This document shows, piece by piece, positions 1 to 9,422 of a stretch of DNA of 64,000 bases (position 1 is its first letter; every line of letters starts with the position of its first letter). Source of the stretch: Escherichia phage vB_EcoP_EP32B; sequence record OR544955; one strand, 5' to 3'. The notes under the pieces were generated by a model. That model saw nothing but the letters and a program-made list of their open reading frames with translations. It was not told the DNA's origin and ran no database searches. The translations under genes and the position numbers were made by a program.

Positions 1-114
1 CGAACGATGTTCGATATCATTTCTAACTAGTAAAAAGTCTCTATAATCCGCTACGGTGAACGGCTTGAAACGATGAACACCATCCGGTAATTTACAACGA
101 ATTATATTAGCCAT
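1..114 (-). CDS. 51: Baseplate hub assembly protein gp51, N-terminal part (partial; continues beyond window start)
   Basis: Minus-strand ATG at 112-114 with AAGGAG SD; open to window edge; position divergent from gene 26 as in T4. Confidence 0.4.
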   Translation of the reverse strand, partial: MANIIRCKLPDGVHRFKPFTVADYRDFLLVRNDIEHRS

Positions 115-131
115 AATTACTCCTTTTCTAT

Positions 132-143
132 TATTTATAAATA
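132..143. promoter_or_regulatory. Divergent overlapping T4-type late promoters (TATTTATAAATA) for genes 51 and 26
   Basis: TATAAATA on + at 136-143 upstream of gp26 ATG 162; TATTTATA on + at 132-139 (TATAAATA on -) upstream of gene 51. Confidence 0.55.
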
Positions 144-161
144 CACAATAAAGGAGTTAAC

Positions 162-788
162 ATGTACAAATATACATTTACCGTACGTTTAGGCGATAAA
201 GAAGTGAATTGTAGAGCTTTTACTTTAAAAGAATATTTAGGACTCATAGGTGCGCGGGCTACCGGTACTATTGAATCAGCAGTGAACAATATTATCACTA
301 ATTGCTCTAATGCTAAAAACTTGACCAAACAAGAAGCCGAGCTATTGTTGGTAAATCTGTGGGCACATTCATTAGGTGAAGTGAATCAAGAACACACCTG
401 GAATTGTTCCTGTGGGCATTCATTTCAAGTCTATATGAATTTATTGCACACTCAATTAGATGAACAGGCCGATCCATGGTATTCGTTCAGTGGTATTAAA
501 ATTAAGTTCCGTCAACCTAAATTATTTGACGATAAAAATATCGCATTAATGATTGCTTCATGTATTGAGGCCGTTTTTGTCAATGGAGAGTCCATCCCTG
601 TTGAAGATTTAACTGAAGCAGAAATAAATGACCTTTACGGCCTTATAACAGAAGATGACATGATCAATATTAAAAATCTTTTGGTATCGCCATCAATTTA
701 TCTGGCAACCCCTATTAAATGTCCCAAATGTGGGGCGTCACACGTTCACACAATACGAGGCCTCAAAGAATTCTTTGAGTTACTATAA
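162..788 (+). CDS. 26: Baseplate hub protein gp26
   Basis: 208 aa, same length as T4 gp26; AAGGAG SD; followed by gp25 with ATGA-type overlap. Confidence 0.8.
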   Translation: MYKYTFTVRLGDKEVNCRAFTLKEYLGLIGARATGTIESAVNNIITNCSNAKNLTKQEAELLLVNLWAHSLGEVNQEHTWNCSCGHSFQVYMNLLHTQLDEQADPWYSFSGIKIKFRQPKLFDDKNIALMIASCIEAVFVNGESIPVEDLTEAEINDLYGLITEDDMINIKNLLVSPSIYLATPIKCPKCGASHVHTIRGLKEFFELL

Positions 789-1186
789 TGTCTAATATCA
801 ATAAACTTTATTCAGATATCGACCCAGAAATGCGTATGGATTGGAACAAGGACGTTGCTCGTTCTGTAGGACTTCGTTCTATTAAAAATAGTCTTCTTGG
901 CATAGTGACAACTAGAAAAGGCTCACGCCCCTTCGACCCTGAATTTGGATGCGATTTGGTTGATGAACTTTTCGAGAACATGACACCACTTACAGCCGAT
1001 ACGATTGAGCGTAATATCCAGGCAGCCGTCCGTAACTATGAGCCGCGCATCGACAAACTTTCTGTAAGTGTAACGCCAGTATATGATGACTATACAGTTA
1101 TAGTAGAGATTAGATTTTCGGTCGTAGATAACCCTGATGATATCGAACAAATCAAACTTCAGTTAGCGTCAAGCAATAGAGTGTAA
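788..1186 (+). CDS. 25: Baseplate wedge protein gp25 (gpW/lysozyme-like)
   Basis: 132 aa as in T4 gp25; gene order 26-25-uvsY. Confidence 0.8.
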   Translation: MSNINKLYSDIDPEMRMDWNKDVARSVGLRSIKNSLLGIVTTRKGSRPFDPEFGCDLVDELFENMTPLTADTIERNIQAAVRNYEPRIDKLSVSVTPVYDDYTVIVEIRFSVVDNPDDIEQIKLQLASSNRV

Positions 1187-1266
1187 TGCTTCAAGGCAAC
1201 CTATGTATAATGGTTTTAGGTCCTTCCGATACAGCCGGGAGATTATTAGTTAAAAGAGAGAATATT

Positions 1267-1680
1267 ATGAAGCTGGAAGATTTACAGGAAGAGTTAGACA
1301 CAGACTTAGCTATTGATACGACAAAGTTGCAATATGAGACAGCGAATAATGTTAAGTTATACAGCAAATGGCTACGTAAGCACTCATTTATTCGTAAAGA
1401 AATGTTGCGTATAGAGACTCAGAAGAAAACTGCTCTAAAAGCGAGATTAGACTACTACTCGGGACGAGGTGACGGTGATGAATTCAGTATGGACCGATAC
1501 GAGAAATCTGAAATGAAAACTGTCCTGGCTGCTGATAAAGATGTGCTTAAAATAGAGACTACTTTACAATACTGGGGAATTTTACTTGAGTTCTGTAGTG
1601 GTGCACTTGATGCAGTTAAGTCTCGTAGTTTTGCACTTAAACATATCCAGGATATGCGAGAATTTGAAGCGGGGCAATAA
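1267..1680 (+). CDS. uvsY: Recombination mediator UvsY
   Basis: 137 aa from internal ATG 1267 (SD AGAGAG); sequence MKLEDLQEEL...DYYSGRGDGDEFSMDRYEKSEMK recalled as T4 UvsY. Confidence 0.85.
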   Translation: MKLEDLQEELDTDLAIDTTKLQYETANNVKLYSKWLRKHSFIRKEMLRIETQKKTALKARLDYYSGRGDGDEFSMDRYEKSEMKTVLAADKDVLKIETTLQYWGILLEFCSGALDAVKSRSFALKHIQDMREFEAGQ

Positions 1681-1877
1681 TGCGTTATTCAATTGAAGAT
1701 GCCTTTAATAATGATGAAGAATTTGAAACAGAAATTAAATTCTTAATGGAAAAGTATCGTCTACGACGTCAGGATATTCGTATCCTGGCAGACCACCCGT
1801 GTGGTGAAGACGTCCTTTATATTAAAGGAAAATTTGCCGGTGCGAGTGGTATAAATAGATATGTAATTTCAACTTAG
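1680..1877 (+). CDS. uvsY.-1-like small protein
   Basis: 65 aa ORF, start overlaps uvsY stop. Confidence 0.5.
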   Translation: MRYSIEDAFNNDEEFETEIKFLMEKYRLRRQDIRILADHPCGEDVLYIKGKFAGASGINRYVIST

Positions 1878-1886
1878 GAGGCAATC

Positions 1887-2054
1887 ATGTCAGATAAGAT
1901 TTGTGTTGTCTGTAAAACTCCAATCGATTCTGCATTGGTTGTTGAAACAGACAAAGGTCCAGCACATCCTGGTCCTTGTTATAATTATGTCCAACAATTG
2001 CCGGTTTCAGAAAGTTCAGAAGAGCAATTGAACGAAACCCAACTTTTACTATAG
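1887..2054 (+). CDS. uvsY.-2-like small Cys-containing protein (55 aa)
   Basis: ATG 1887 after AGGAGG SD; MSDKICVVCKTPIDS...; below 60 aa so absent from ORF track. Confidence 0.45.
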   Translation: MSDKICVVCKTPIDSALVVETDKGPAHPGPCYNYVQQLPVSESSEEQLNETQLLL

Positions 2055-2080
2055 TGTTACCTTTTTTGCCTATGGTTTTT

Positions 2081-2112
2081 GGCCCTTCCAAAAAGGTCGG
2101 GCCTTTTTTTTT
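2081..2112 (+). terminator. Rho-independent terminator ending the uvsY operon
   Basis: GGCCC...GGGCC stem followed by T9 run. Confidence 0.55.
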
Positions 2113-2114
2113 AA

Positions 2115-2345
2115 TTAGAAGTCTTCTTCCACATCCTCATCATCGCCTTCAAGTTCGGCACGCTTACCTGCTAAGGCATCCCTGACAGAAATATCATCTG
2201 TATCTTTTAATTCCGTTTCTTTTATACGTTTCTTATAATAAGCTTCCAATTCTTCAAGCCCTTCTAAGGTATGACAACTAGCAATTTTACCCATGAATTC
2301 GTCAATAGATGCTTCGTATAAAAATTGTTTAAATTCAAGTACCAT
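2115..2345 (-). CDS. uvsW.1: UvsW.1 small protein
   Basis: 76 aa acidic ORF immediately downstream of uvsW on same strand, as in T4. Confidence 0.6.
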   Translation of the reverse strand: MVLEFKQFLYEASIDEFMGKIASCHTLEGLEELEAYYKKRIKETELKDTDDISVRDALAGKRAELEGDDEDVEEDF

Positions 2346-2370
2346 TTTTATCTCCTAAGGGCCGAAGCCC

Positions 2371-3885
2371 TTATAAATTAATTGTTTTCATTACATAGTT
2401 AAATTTCTCATCAGCGTAACGTTGGATACGATCAATACCGTGTTTTAACAAGTAATTAAGATGAGTATACTTCTTTTTAGTATTTAATGATTTAGGTTTT
2501 ACACCTGCGTCATCTATGAGATCCCAAACTGTAGCAACAGCTTTAGAACCGTGCTTACGAAGCACACGACCTACGGTTTGAAGTACGATAATTTTTGATT
2601 TAACACCATGGGCAAAAATAACATGATGAAGATTCTTGACTGAAATACCAGTAGAGAATACTCCATATGATGCGACAATAATAATGCCTTTACCATTTTC
2701 TGCCATGACTTTAAGCGCATTACGTGTTTCAGTATCAACTTCACCTGATACGTAATAAACTTTTTCGTATCCAAGCTCTTTAATAGCTTCAAATATTTCT
2801 TTACCGTGTGTAACGTGTTTAAACATTACAAAGGCGTTCTCGTCTTTCTTAGCCAATTTGACTGAAAGTTGAGCAATCCACTTTGTACGACGTTTTAGTC
2901 CGGTAATAATTTTAACTTCTTCTTGGTATGTTTTACCTTTTAATTTAACGGCGAATTCGTCCGGATAACGAAGGAAAATACTATTAATCTTAAGCTCAGT
3001 TACCTGTCCGTCTTCCATTAATTTAGACGTGCTAACAGGACGGAAGATTTCGCCGAACATACCTACGTACTGCATTACATTGGCTTTTCCGTCTCTTAAT
3101 GAGCCGGATAAACCGAATTTAAACATGCAATTATTTAATCCTGAGATGATTGAAGAAATACTTTTGCCTGTTGCTAAGTGGCATTCATCATTCATCATCA
3201 TACCGAACTGAGAGAACCATTCTTTAGGCTGCTTAACTACCGTTTGCCATGTGCCAACAATAATTGGAGCGTCGTTTTTAGATTTGTCCGCTTTATCAGC
3301 ACCACCACCAATTTTCTTAATCATCGAATGACTAAACAAACGATAATCAACAAAATCGTTAGCCATCTGGGTTGTCAATGCTGTTGTAGGTACGATAATG
3401 AGAATTTTACCTTCATAGTTCTCTAGATAATACCGAGCTAAAAGTGCTTGGATTAGTGATTTACCTGCTGATGTCGGAAGGTTTAAAATTCGACGACGAT
3501 TAACTAGTCCTTCATATACTGCATCTTTTTGATACCAATGTGGTTCGATTTTGGCGTTGCCTGAATAAATTTCTTGTTTAGAAAGCCATGAGTCAAAATC
3601 TTCCCTGGTAAGGTCTTCAGTCTCAAAGATTTTAGGGTCAATCCATACAGAATAACTCATATTGTTACAGAACTTTTTTATTTGTCCTACAAGTCCATAT
3701 GGTAACAAACGATTGTAATCTAAAAGACGAATTCTACCATCCCATTGCCCATAGCGATATTTTGGGTTAAATTTATACCCGTCAGCTTCAAAGCTAAAAA
3801 AGTCACGAAGTTCGTAAAACGTACTTTCGTCGCATTCAATGCGAACGTGACTAAAATCATAAAAATGTACTTTAATGTCAGTCAT
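2371..3885 (-). CDS. uvsW: UvsW SF2 DNA/RNA helicase
   Basis: 504 aa; Walker A LPTSAGKS and DECH box visible. Confidence 0.9.
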   Translation of the reverse strand: MTDIKVHFYDFSHVRIECDESTFYELRDFFSFEADGYKFNPKYRYGQWDGRIRLLDYNRLLPYGLVGQIKKFCNNMSYSVWIDPKIFETEDLTREDFDSWLSKQEIYSGNAKIEPHWYQKDAVYEGLVNRRRILNLPTSAGKSLIQALLARYYLENYEGKILIIVPTTALTTQMANDFVDYRLFSHSMIKKIGGGADKADKSKNDAPIIVGTWQTVVKQPKEWFSQFGMMMNDECHLATGKSISSIISGLNNCMFKFGLSGSLRDGKANVMQYVGMFGEIFRPVSTSKLMEDGQVTELKINSIFLRYPDEFAVKLKGKTYQEEVKIITGLKRRTKWIAQLSVKLAKKDENAFVMFKHVTHGKEIFEAIKELGYEKVYYVSGEVDTETRNALKVMAENGKGIIIVASYGVFSTGISVKNLHHVIFAHGVKSKIIVLQTVGRVLRKHGSKAVATVWDLIDDAGVKPKSLNTKKKYTHLNYLLKHGIDRIQRYADEKFNYVMKTINL

Positions 3886-3914
3886 GTCAAATTACCATGT
3901 AATAAATATAGTTA

Positions 3915-3922
3915 TATTTATA
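3915..3922 (-). promoter_or_regulatory. T4-type late promoter for uvsW
   Basis: TATTTATA on + (TATAAATA on -) about 30 nt upstream of uvsW start. Confidence 0.4.
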
Positions 3923-3935
3923 ATGAGGAAATACC

Positions 3936-4604
3936 ATGATCGATAAAGACTATATTGAAGAGTTACGTGCTCTTTCTGATAAAAAGGAAGCCAAAGCTAA
4001 ACTGTTTGAATATGCGGAACAATTTGGTATTAGTGTTAAGAAAACAAAATCATTCGATAATATTGTTATTGATATCGAAGAAGCTCTTAACGCACTGGCT
4101 GATGAACCATTACCTGAAACTGATGGATTATCTATCACCGATTTAATTACTGCCGCAGATGATGTGGACAGTGTTAATTTCACCAACGAAGAAGTTAAAG
4201 AAGAAGCTATTCTGCTGTTTGATTCTCCAACAGAACAAGTTGAAGTATTAGAAGTTGTCGAACAAGAAATAGAATTCGACCATGATAAATTTGAAGAAGC
4301 AATTACTCAGGTTGTTGAATCTGAAAAAGAGCCTGAGCCAGAAGTAAATAAAGAAGTAAAATTTGTTCTGCCTGAAAATTTTAGTCCTACGCTTATTAAA
4401 TTAGGCAAAGGCCCAGGGTATGTTACTGTTCCTTGGTGGATTTATCAATGGATAGCCGAAACACCTGATTGGAAATCTCGCCCAACTAGTTTTGTACATG
4501 CTTCTGCTCACCAAACATTATTTAGCTTAATTTATTATATTAATCGCGATGGATCAGTTCTAATTCGCGAAACTCGTAATTCTTCTTTCGTAACATTAAA
4601 ATAA
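3936..4604 (+). CDS. Acidic protein in the Inh position (possible prohead protease inhibitor homolog)
   Basis: 222 aa, highly acidic, adjacent to hoc; assignment by position and size only. Confidence 0.4.
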   Translation: MIDKDYIEELRALSDKKEAKAKLFEYAEQFGISVKKTKSFDNIVIDIEEALNALADEPLPETDGLSITDLITAADDVDSVNFTNEEVKEEAILLFDSPTEQVEVLEVVEQEIEFDHDKFEEAITQVVESEKEPEPEVNKEVKFVLPENFSPTLIKLGKGPGYVTVPWWIYQWIAETPDWKSRPTSFVHASAHQTLFSLIYYINRDGSVLIRETRNSSFVTLK

Positions 4605-4613
4605 GGATAACTT

Positions 4614-6029
4614 ATGGCCTTCACTGTCACGTTATCTCCTCTAACTCCTACAGGGGTTATTGGAGGTTCACAAACATTCACTGCTACACCCGCAGGTGAA
4701 GCTCCAGACGGTACTATTACATACGTCTGGACTGTAGATGATATAACACAGGGCTCTACAGCTGCTACAATGGATTATACTCTTGCTTCTCCAGCAGGAA
4801 CAAAAAAAATTAAAGTGGTTGCAACTAATACACTTTCCGAAGGAGATCCGGAAATAGCTGAAGCATCAACAACTATCACTGTTAATAAGAAAGAAAATAA
4901 TTCCACTATCACTGTTACTCCGGCTTCTCCAGCGGCAGTAGAAATTGGAACAGCAACAACATTCACTGCTAATGTAAACAATAAACCTACTGGTGCTGCT
5001 ATTGCTTATACATGGAAAGTTGACGGGGTCGCTGTCGACGGTCAAAAACAATCAACCTTTGAATATACACCAACATCTGAAGGAACTAAGTCTATAACTT
5101 GCTCTGCCACAGTGACTGCAACTGATTACGTTGATAAAACGGTAGAATCATCAGCGGTTTCTTTGACTGTAAATAAAAAGGCTAATTCTTCAACGCTAAA
5201 AATTACACCAGAGTCTCCGACTACAGTCTTTGGTGTTCCTATTACTTTAACTGCAAATGTCTCTAGTGCACCTTCAGGTGCTACTACATCATTCCAGTGG
5301 TCAATGGATGACAGTAATATTCCAGATGCAACTTCTGCTACGTATAAATTCACTCCAACCGAGGTCGGAAGTAAAACTCTTAAATGCACCGTATCTGTTT
5401 CTGCAACAAATTATGTTACAAAAGAAATTTCAGCAGAAGCAACAGTAGTAACTAATAATGCGACATTTAATAGTGCCACCATTTCTTTATCTCCGCCATC
5501 AGTTAATACTACTGTTGGTGAAACTGCAACTTTAACAGCATCTGTTACTGGTGCTCCGGGTGATACTAATATTGTGTATTCTTGGAAGAAAGACAACGTA
5601 GCAGAAAGTAATTCTACTAATACTTACAGTATTGATACCTCCTCGGCAGGTACTCATACAATTAAAGTTGAAGCAGTATTAACTAAAGATAATTATACTT
5701 CAAAGACAATTAGTTCAACCGCTGAAGTTGTTATTGCTGAACGGACTCCAATTGAACCAGAAGGTGAACTACCTTATGTTCATCCTCTTCCGCATCGTAC
5801 TTCAGCTTACATCTGGTGCGGATGGTGGGTTATGGATGAAATCCAAAAAATGACTGAAGAAGGTAAAGATTGGAAAATTGACGATCCAGATAGTAAGTAT
5901 TACTTGCATCGTTATACGCTTCAGAAGATGATGAAAGACTACCCAGAAGTTGATGTTCAAGAATCACGTAATGGATACATCGTCCATAAAACTGCTTTGG
6001 AAACTGGTATCATCTATACATATCCATAA
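4614..6029 (+). CDS. hoc: Hoc-like outer capsid protein with four tandem Ig-like repeats
   Basis: 471 aa; four ~90 aa repeats each with (I/L)T(F/L)TA...Y(T/S)W motif plus a distinct C-terminal domain. Confidence 0.75.
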   Translation: MAFTVTLSPLTPTGVIGGSQTFTATPAGEAPDGTITYVWTVDDITQGSTAATMDYTLASPAGTKKIKVVATNTLSEGDPEIAEASTTITVNKKENNSTITVTPASPAAVEIGTATTFTANVNNKPTGAAIAYTWKVDGVAVDGQKQSTFEYTPTSEGTKSITCSATVTATDYVDKTVESSAVSLTVNKKANSSTLKITPESPTTVFGVPITLTANVSSAPSGATTSFQWSMDDSNIPDATSATYKFTPTEVGSKTLKCTVSVSATNYVTKEISAEATVVTNNATFNSATISLSPPSVNTTVGETATLTASVTGAPGDTNIVYSWKKDNVAESNSTNTYSIDTSSAGTHTIKVEAVLTKDNYTSKTISSTAEVVIAERTPIEPEGELPYVHPLPHRTSAYIWCGWWVMDEIQKMTEEGKDWKIDDPDSKYYLHRYTLQKMMKDYPEVDVQESRNGYIVHKTALETGIIYTYP

Positions 6030-6033
6030 TCAA

Positions 6034-6055
6034 GGGGCTTCGGCCCCTTTCTTCG
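6034..6055 (+). terminator. Rho-independent terminator after hoc
   Basis: GGGGC-TTCG-GCCCC hairpin followed by T-rich tract. Confidence 0.6.
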
Positions 6056-6126
6056 TTTTAAAGCATACAAACACATCTTGAGATTGATGTATATAATGGC
6101 ACAAACCAAATAATACGGGGTTGATT

Positions 6127-6321
6127 ATGAGAGCTGAAGTTGAAGTTTATACACTACATGAGGCGGGATTTTCATTCGTAGAAATTGCTCAAAAAATCGG
6201 TTTACAGCCTAAAGAAGTTGGATTACTATGGACTAAAGCCGAGACAGCTCGGTCAAAGTTTAAAGCAAAAGAAAAAGTTGTATACCGTAAACGTCTGATT
6301 AACAAAAAGGTGAAGAAATGA
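6127..6321 (+). CDS. Small basic protein (24.3 position)
   Basis: 64 aa from ATG 6127; possible HTH. Confidence 0.4.
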   Translation: MRAEVEVYTLHEAGFSFVEIAQKIGLQPKEVGLLWTKAETARSKFKAKEKVVYRKRLINKKVKK

Positions 6322-6569
6322 GTTTTGCACAGGAATTAAGAGAAAGGGCCCTGGCCACTAAAGCTAATTTGTTGAGTGATTTTATTACTAACTTCTCTGT
6401 GATGGCAGAGAAAGCCGCTGACAAAGGCCAGACACAATTTACATACTATCCATCAAAGAATGATTTAACTATCACCGAGCAAGTCGGGCAATGGCTTCGT
6501 GATAACGGCTTTCAGTACAAAATTAATCATGACCAGCGCGATGGTCATTGGATAGAAATCAAGTTCTAA
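6318..6569 (+). CDS. Hypothetical protein (24.2 position)
   Basis: 83 aa ORF overlapping previous stop. Confidence 0.4.
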   Translation: MSFAQELRERALATKANLLSDFITNFSVMAEKAADKGQTQFTYYPSKNDLTITEQVGQWLRDNGFQYKINHDQRDGHWIEIKF

Positions 6570-6688
6570 TATGCTTTACATTTTTTGATGGTATAATGAA
6601 TCTAGGTTCTATCCATTCAAATTAAACATCTGGACGGAGACAGAGTCTCTGCTAATTATTTTGATATTATTATTTATAATGGTGATTT

Positions 6689-7687
6689 ATGTTTAAGAAA
6701 TACAGCAGTCTTGAAAACCACTACAACTCTAAGTTTATTGAAAAACTCTACACTAATGGTTTGACTACTGGTGTTTGGGTAGCACGTGAGAAAATCCATG
6801 GGACCAACTTTAGTTTAATTATTGAACGTGACAACGTCACATGCGCCAAGCGCACAGGCCCTATTCTTCCGGCAGAAGATTTTTATGGTTATGAAATCGT
6901 ACTCAAGAAGTATGATAAAGCTATTAAAGCCGTTCAGGAATTCATGTACACAGCTCGAGCTGTATCATATCAAGTATTTGGTGAATTCGCTGGTGGTGGA
7001 ATCCAGAAAGGTGTTGACTACGGTGAAAAAGATTTTTATGTGTTCGATATCCTTATCAATACAGAAAGTTGTGATAATACGTATTTGACCGATTATGAAA
7101 TGCAAGATTTCTGTAATGAATTCGGTTTTAAAATGGCACCAATGCTTGGTCGTGGCACATTTGATGCTCTTATCATGATTCCAAACGACCTTGATTCTGT
7201 CTTAGCCGCTTATAATGCTACAGCGTCAGAAGACCTTGTCGAAGCAAATAATTGCGTATTTGATGCTAATGTTATTGGTAATAATACTGCGGAAGGTTAT
7301 GTTCTGAAGCCCTGTTTCCCTAAATGGTTGCCAAACGGTACTCGTGTAGCTATTAAGTGCAAGAACTCTAAATTCAGTGAAAAGAAAAAGTCTGATAAGC
7401 CTATTAAAACTCAGGTTCCATTAACCGAAATTGACAAAAACTTACTTGATGTTCTAGCTTGTTATGTTACATTAAATCGTGTTAATAATGTGATTTCTAA
7501 GATTGGGACTGTAACGCCAAAAGATTTTGGCAAAGTGATGGGATTGACTGTTCAAGATATTCTGGAAGAAACTTCTCGTGAAGGTATTGTATTAACATCA
7601 TCTGATAATCCGAATCTTGTTAAGAAAGAATTAGTCCGAATGGTGCAAGATGTTCTGCGTCCTGCATGGATTGAATTAGTATCATAA
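6689..7687 (+). CDS. rnlB: RNA ligase 2 (RnlB)
   Basis: 332 aa; KIHGTNFS ligase motif I near N-terminus; matches recalled T4 Rnl2. Confidence 0.85.
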   Translation: MFKKYSSLENHYNSKFIEKLYTNGLTTGVWVAREKIHGTNFSLIIERDNVTCAKRTGPILPAEDFYGYEIVLKKYDKAIKAVQEFMYTARAVSYQVFGEFAGGGIQKGVDYGEKDFYVFDILINTESCDNTYLTDYEMQDFCNEFGFKMAPMLGRGTFDALIMIPNDLDSVLAAYNATASEDLVEANNCVFDANVIGNNTAEGYVLKPCFPKWLPNGTRVAIKCKNSKFSEKKKSDKPIKTQVPLTEIDKNLLDVLACYVTLNRVNNVISKIGTVTPKDFGKVMGLTVQDILEETSREGIVLTSSDNPNLVKKELVRMVQDVLRPAWIELVS

Positions 7688-7694
7688 CGAAAAA

Positions 7695-7717
7695 GGGACC
7701 GTAAGGTCCCTTTTTTT
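7695..7717. terminator. Bidirectional rho-independent terminator between rnlB and gene 24
   Basis: GGGACC-GTAA-GGTCCC hairpin with T-runs on both strands. Confidence 0.65.
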
Positions 7718-8999
7718 ATTCATCAATGATAATTTTTGGTAGCTTAACACCGAGTAAAACAGACAAGTCTGAACGTCCTGCCATTTTATCCATGTCCCCG
7801 CCATCAATTATTCTCGCTTCTTTTTCATCTTTTGCTACTGTGTAAGGATTTGCTGATAAGGCATATCTAACCAATAATCCGATAGACGGTTGCAAGCTTT
7901 CTGGATCAACTACAACTTTAAATGCACCGACATGTTCCGGGTCATCTAAATCCACTCCTTCAGTATATGGAGCATAAAAGATGGACCCTACAATTTCTTT
8001 TTCGCCGAGATTTTCTACAACACCCACAATAACATAATCTAACGGGCTGTTGGTATCGCAGTAAAGAGGTAATCCATTTGCCAAGAATCCATAAGCATTT
8101 TGTGAAAGATACTTGTCATCTTCTGGCTTATGTTTTAACCAACCGGAAGCAGCAAGAATAGCAGCTGCACGAGCTGAGGCTACACAAAACGTTGCAGTAT
8201 AAGTTGTCTCTTTTTGGATGTGTGATACCATTTCACACACCATTCGATATAACGAACGACCTGCTTCTGGAGCGGATGCATAGCTCAAGTCAATAAATCC
8301 GGTGTCAGTAATTCCAGTAACTTTATAACGTTTCGATACAGTAATTAAAGACTGAAGAATATCTTTATTAATTTCATCTGCCATTTCAGTAGCAAGCAAA
8401 TCTTCTAAGAAGTTAGGGGCATCAAATCCATTCGCTTCCAAATCTTGCGCTAATTCAACCGTGAGGCCAGTTTTAAGTTTACGAGATTTGACTGAAGTTT
8501 GCCATTTATTAATCTGGAATCTTGCATCAGAAATTTCGCTATCAGAGCTTTCAAATTTGCTTGTTACCGCTGCATCTGAAAATAACCGTACCTTTAAATG
8601 AACGACCGCAATCTGAAGAGCTAATTCTAGATCACTTTCTTGAATATCTGCAAATGGTGTATCTTCTAACACTTTATAGACGATATTATTATATTTGAAA
8701 AAATCGCCTTTATTTAGTGTGACTTTTGATTCTTCTGTGAGTTCGGTAATTTTTTCTCGGTCTACATATCCAACTTCACCAGCATAAGTAGCACCGGTTT
8801 TAAATGTGAATTCGTTATCTGGGTTAAGATATTTGATACCATAAAAAGCAGCAACAGGTTGATTAGTTCTTTGTGTTGCTACAATGTCAGAATATATTAA
8901 TTTAGTCGTAGCGCGAGTCAAAGCAACGAGATTTGGGCGACCAATTGAGTTGCTAGTAGACGTTGTAGATTCACGCAATAATTTTTGGATTTTACTCAT
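7716..8999 (-). CDS. 24: Head vertex protein gp24
   Basis: 427 aa, same as T4 gp24; gp23-like fold residues. Confidence 0.9.
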   Translation of the reverse strand: MSKIQKLLRESTTSTSNSIGRPNLVALTRATTKLIYSDIVATQRTNQPVAAFYGIKYLNPDNEFTFKTGATYAGEVGYVDREKITELTEESKVTLNKGDFFKYNNIVYKVLEDTPFADIQESDLELALQIAVVHLKVRLFSDAAVTSKFESSDSEISDARFQINKWQTSVKSRKLKTGLTVELAQDLEANGFDAPNFLEDLLATEMADEINKDILQSLITVSKRYKVTGITDTGFIDLSYASAPEAGRSLYRMVCEMVSHIQKETTYTATFCVASARAAAILAASGWLKHKPEDDKYLSQNAYGFLANGLPLYCDTNSPLDYVIVGVVENLGEKEIVGSIFYAPYTEGVDLDDPEHVGAFKVVVDPESLQPSIGLLVRYALSANPYTVAKDEKEARIIDGGDMDKMAGRSDLSVLLGVKLPKIIIDE

Positions 9000-9026
9000 T
9001 GCATTTTTTCCTTATGTGATATAGAT

Positions 9027-9034
9027 TATTTATA
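9027..9034 (-). promoter_or_regulatory. T4-type late promoter for gene 24
   Basis: TATTTATA on + (TATAAATA on -) upstream of gp24 start 8999. Confidence 0.5.
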
Positions 9035-9040
9035 AAGATT

Positions 9041-9070
9041 GTTTACAACGTATTTGGTATGTGATACTAT
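9041..9070 (+). promoter_or_regulatory. T4 early-type promoter (GTTTAC -35, TGATACTAT extended -10)
   Basis: Same motif family as the early promoters in the 41-60 kb region. Confidence 0.55.
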
Positions 9071-9100
9071 AGACTTATCAACTACAGAGGAGTAAACAAA

Positions 9101-9370
9101 ATGACTAAAGCACGTTTCTTACGAGATACTTTAAAAGTTCTGGAAGCTGAAGCAGTTAAGTTAGTAGAAAAATATGGTGCAAAAGTTAATGGTAATGCCT
9201 TCAACAAAGTATGGATGAAAGTTGATTCTGAAGCTCGAGCTAAAGGTTATTGGGCCACTGATAAACTTGCATCATTCAAAAACAAAGACGGTTCTCCAGC
9301 ATATATCCAAGAAGGTATGCCTAATTGGCAAAATATTTTGAAAACTTACATCAAAATTGCACAGAAATAA
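9101..9370 (+). CDS. Hypothetical 89 aa protein, antisense to the late cluster between genes 23 and 24
   Basis: ORF with GAGGAG SD and own early-type promoter. Confidence 0.5.
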   Translation: MTKARFLRDTLKVLEAEAVKLVEKYGAKVNGNAFNKVWMKVDSEARAKGYWATDKLASFKNKDGSPAYIQEGMPNWQNILKTYIKIAQK

Positions 9371-9380
9371 AACCAAAAAT

Positions 9381-9398
9381 GGGAGACCGAAGTCTCCC
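9381..9398 (-). terminator. Rho-independent terminator downstream of gene 23
   Basis: GGGAGAC-CGAA-GTCTCCC hairpin with T-run on minus strand. Confidence 0.6.
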
Positions 9399-9422
9399 AA
9401 AATAAGATTTAATCAATTAAGA

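Noticed and set aside
2357-2372. Hairpin AAGGGC-CGAA-GCCCTT between uvsW and uvsW.1 as a terminator
   Set aside because: No T-run follows on the transcribed (minus) strand; more likely an RNA-stability or processing structure near the uvsW.1 SD.
3745-4186. Small ORFs (64, 78, 63 aa) overlapping the uvsW start and inh-like gene
   Set aside because: Overlap better-supported genes on the same or opposite strand; no independent signals.
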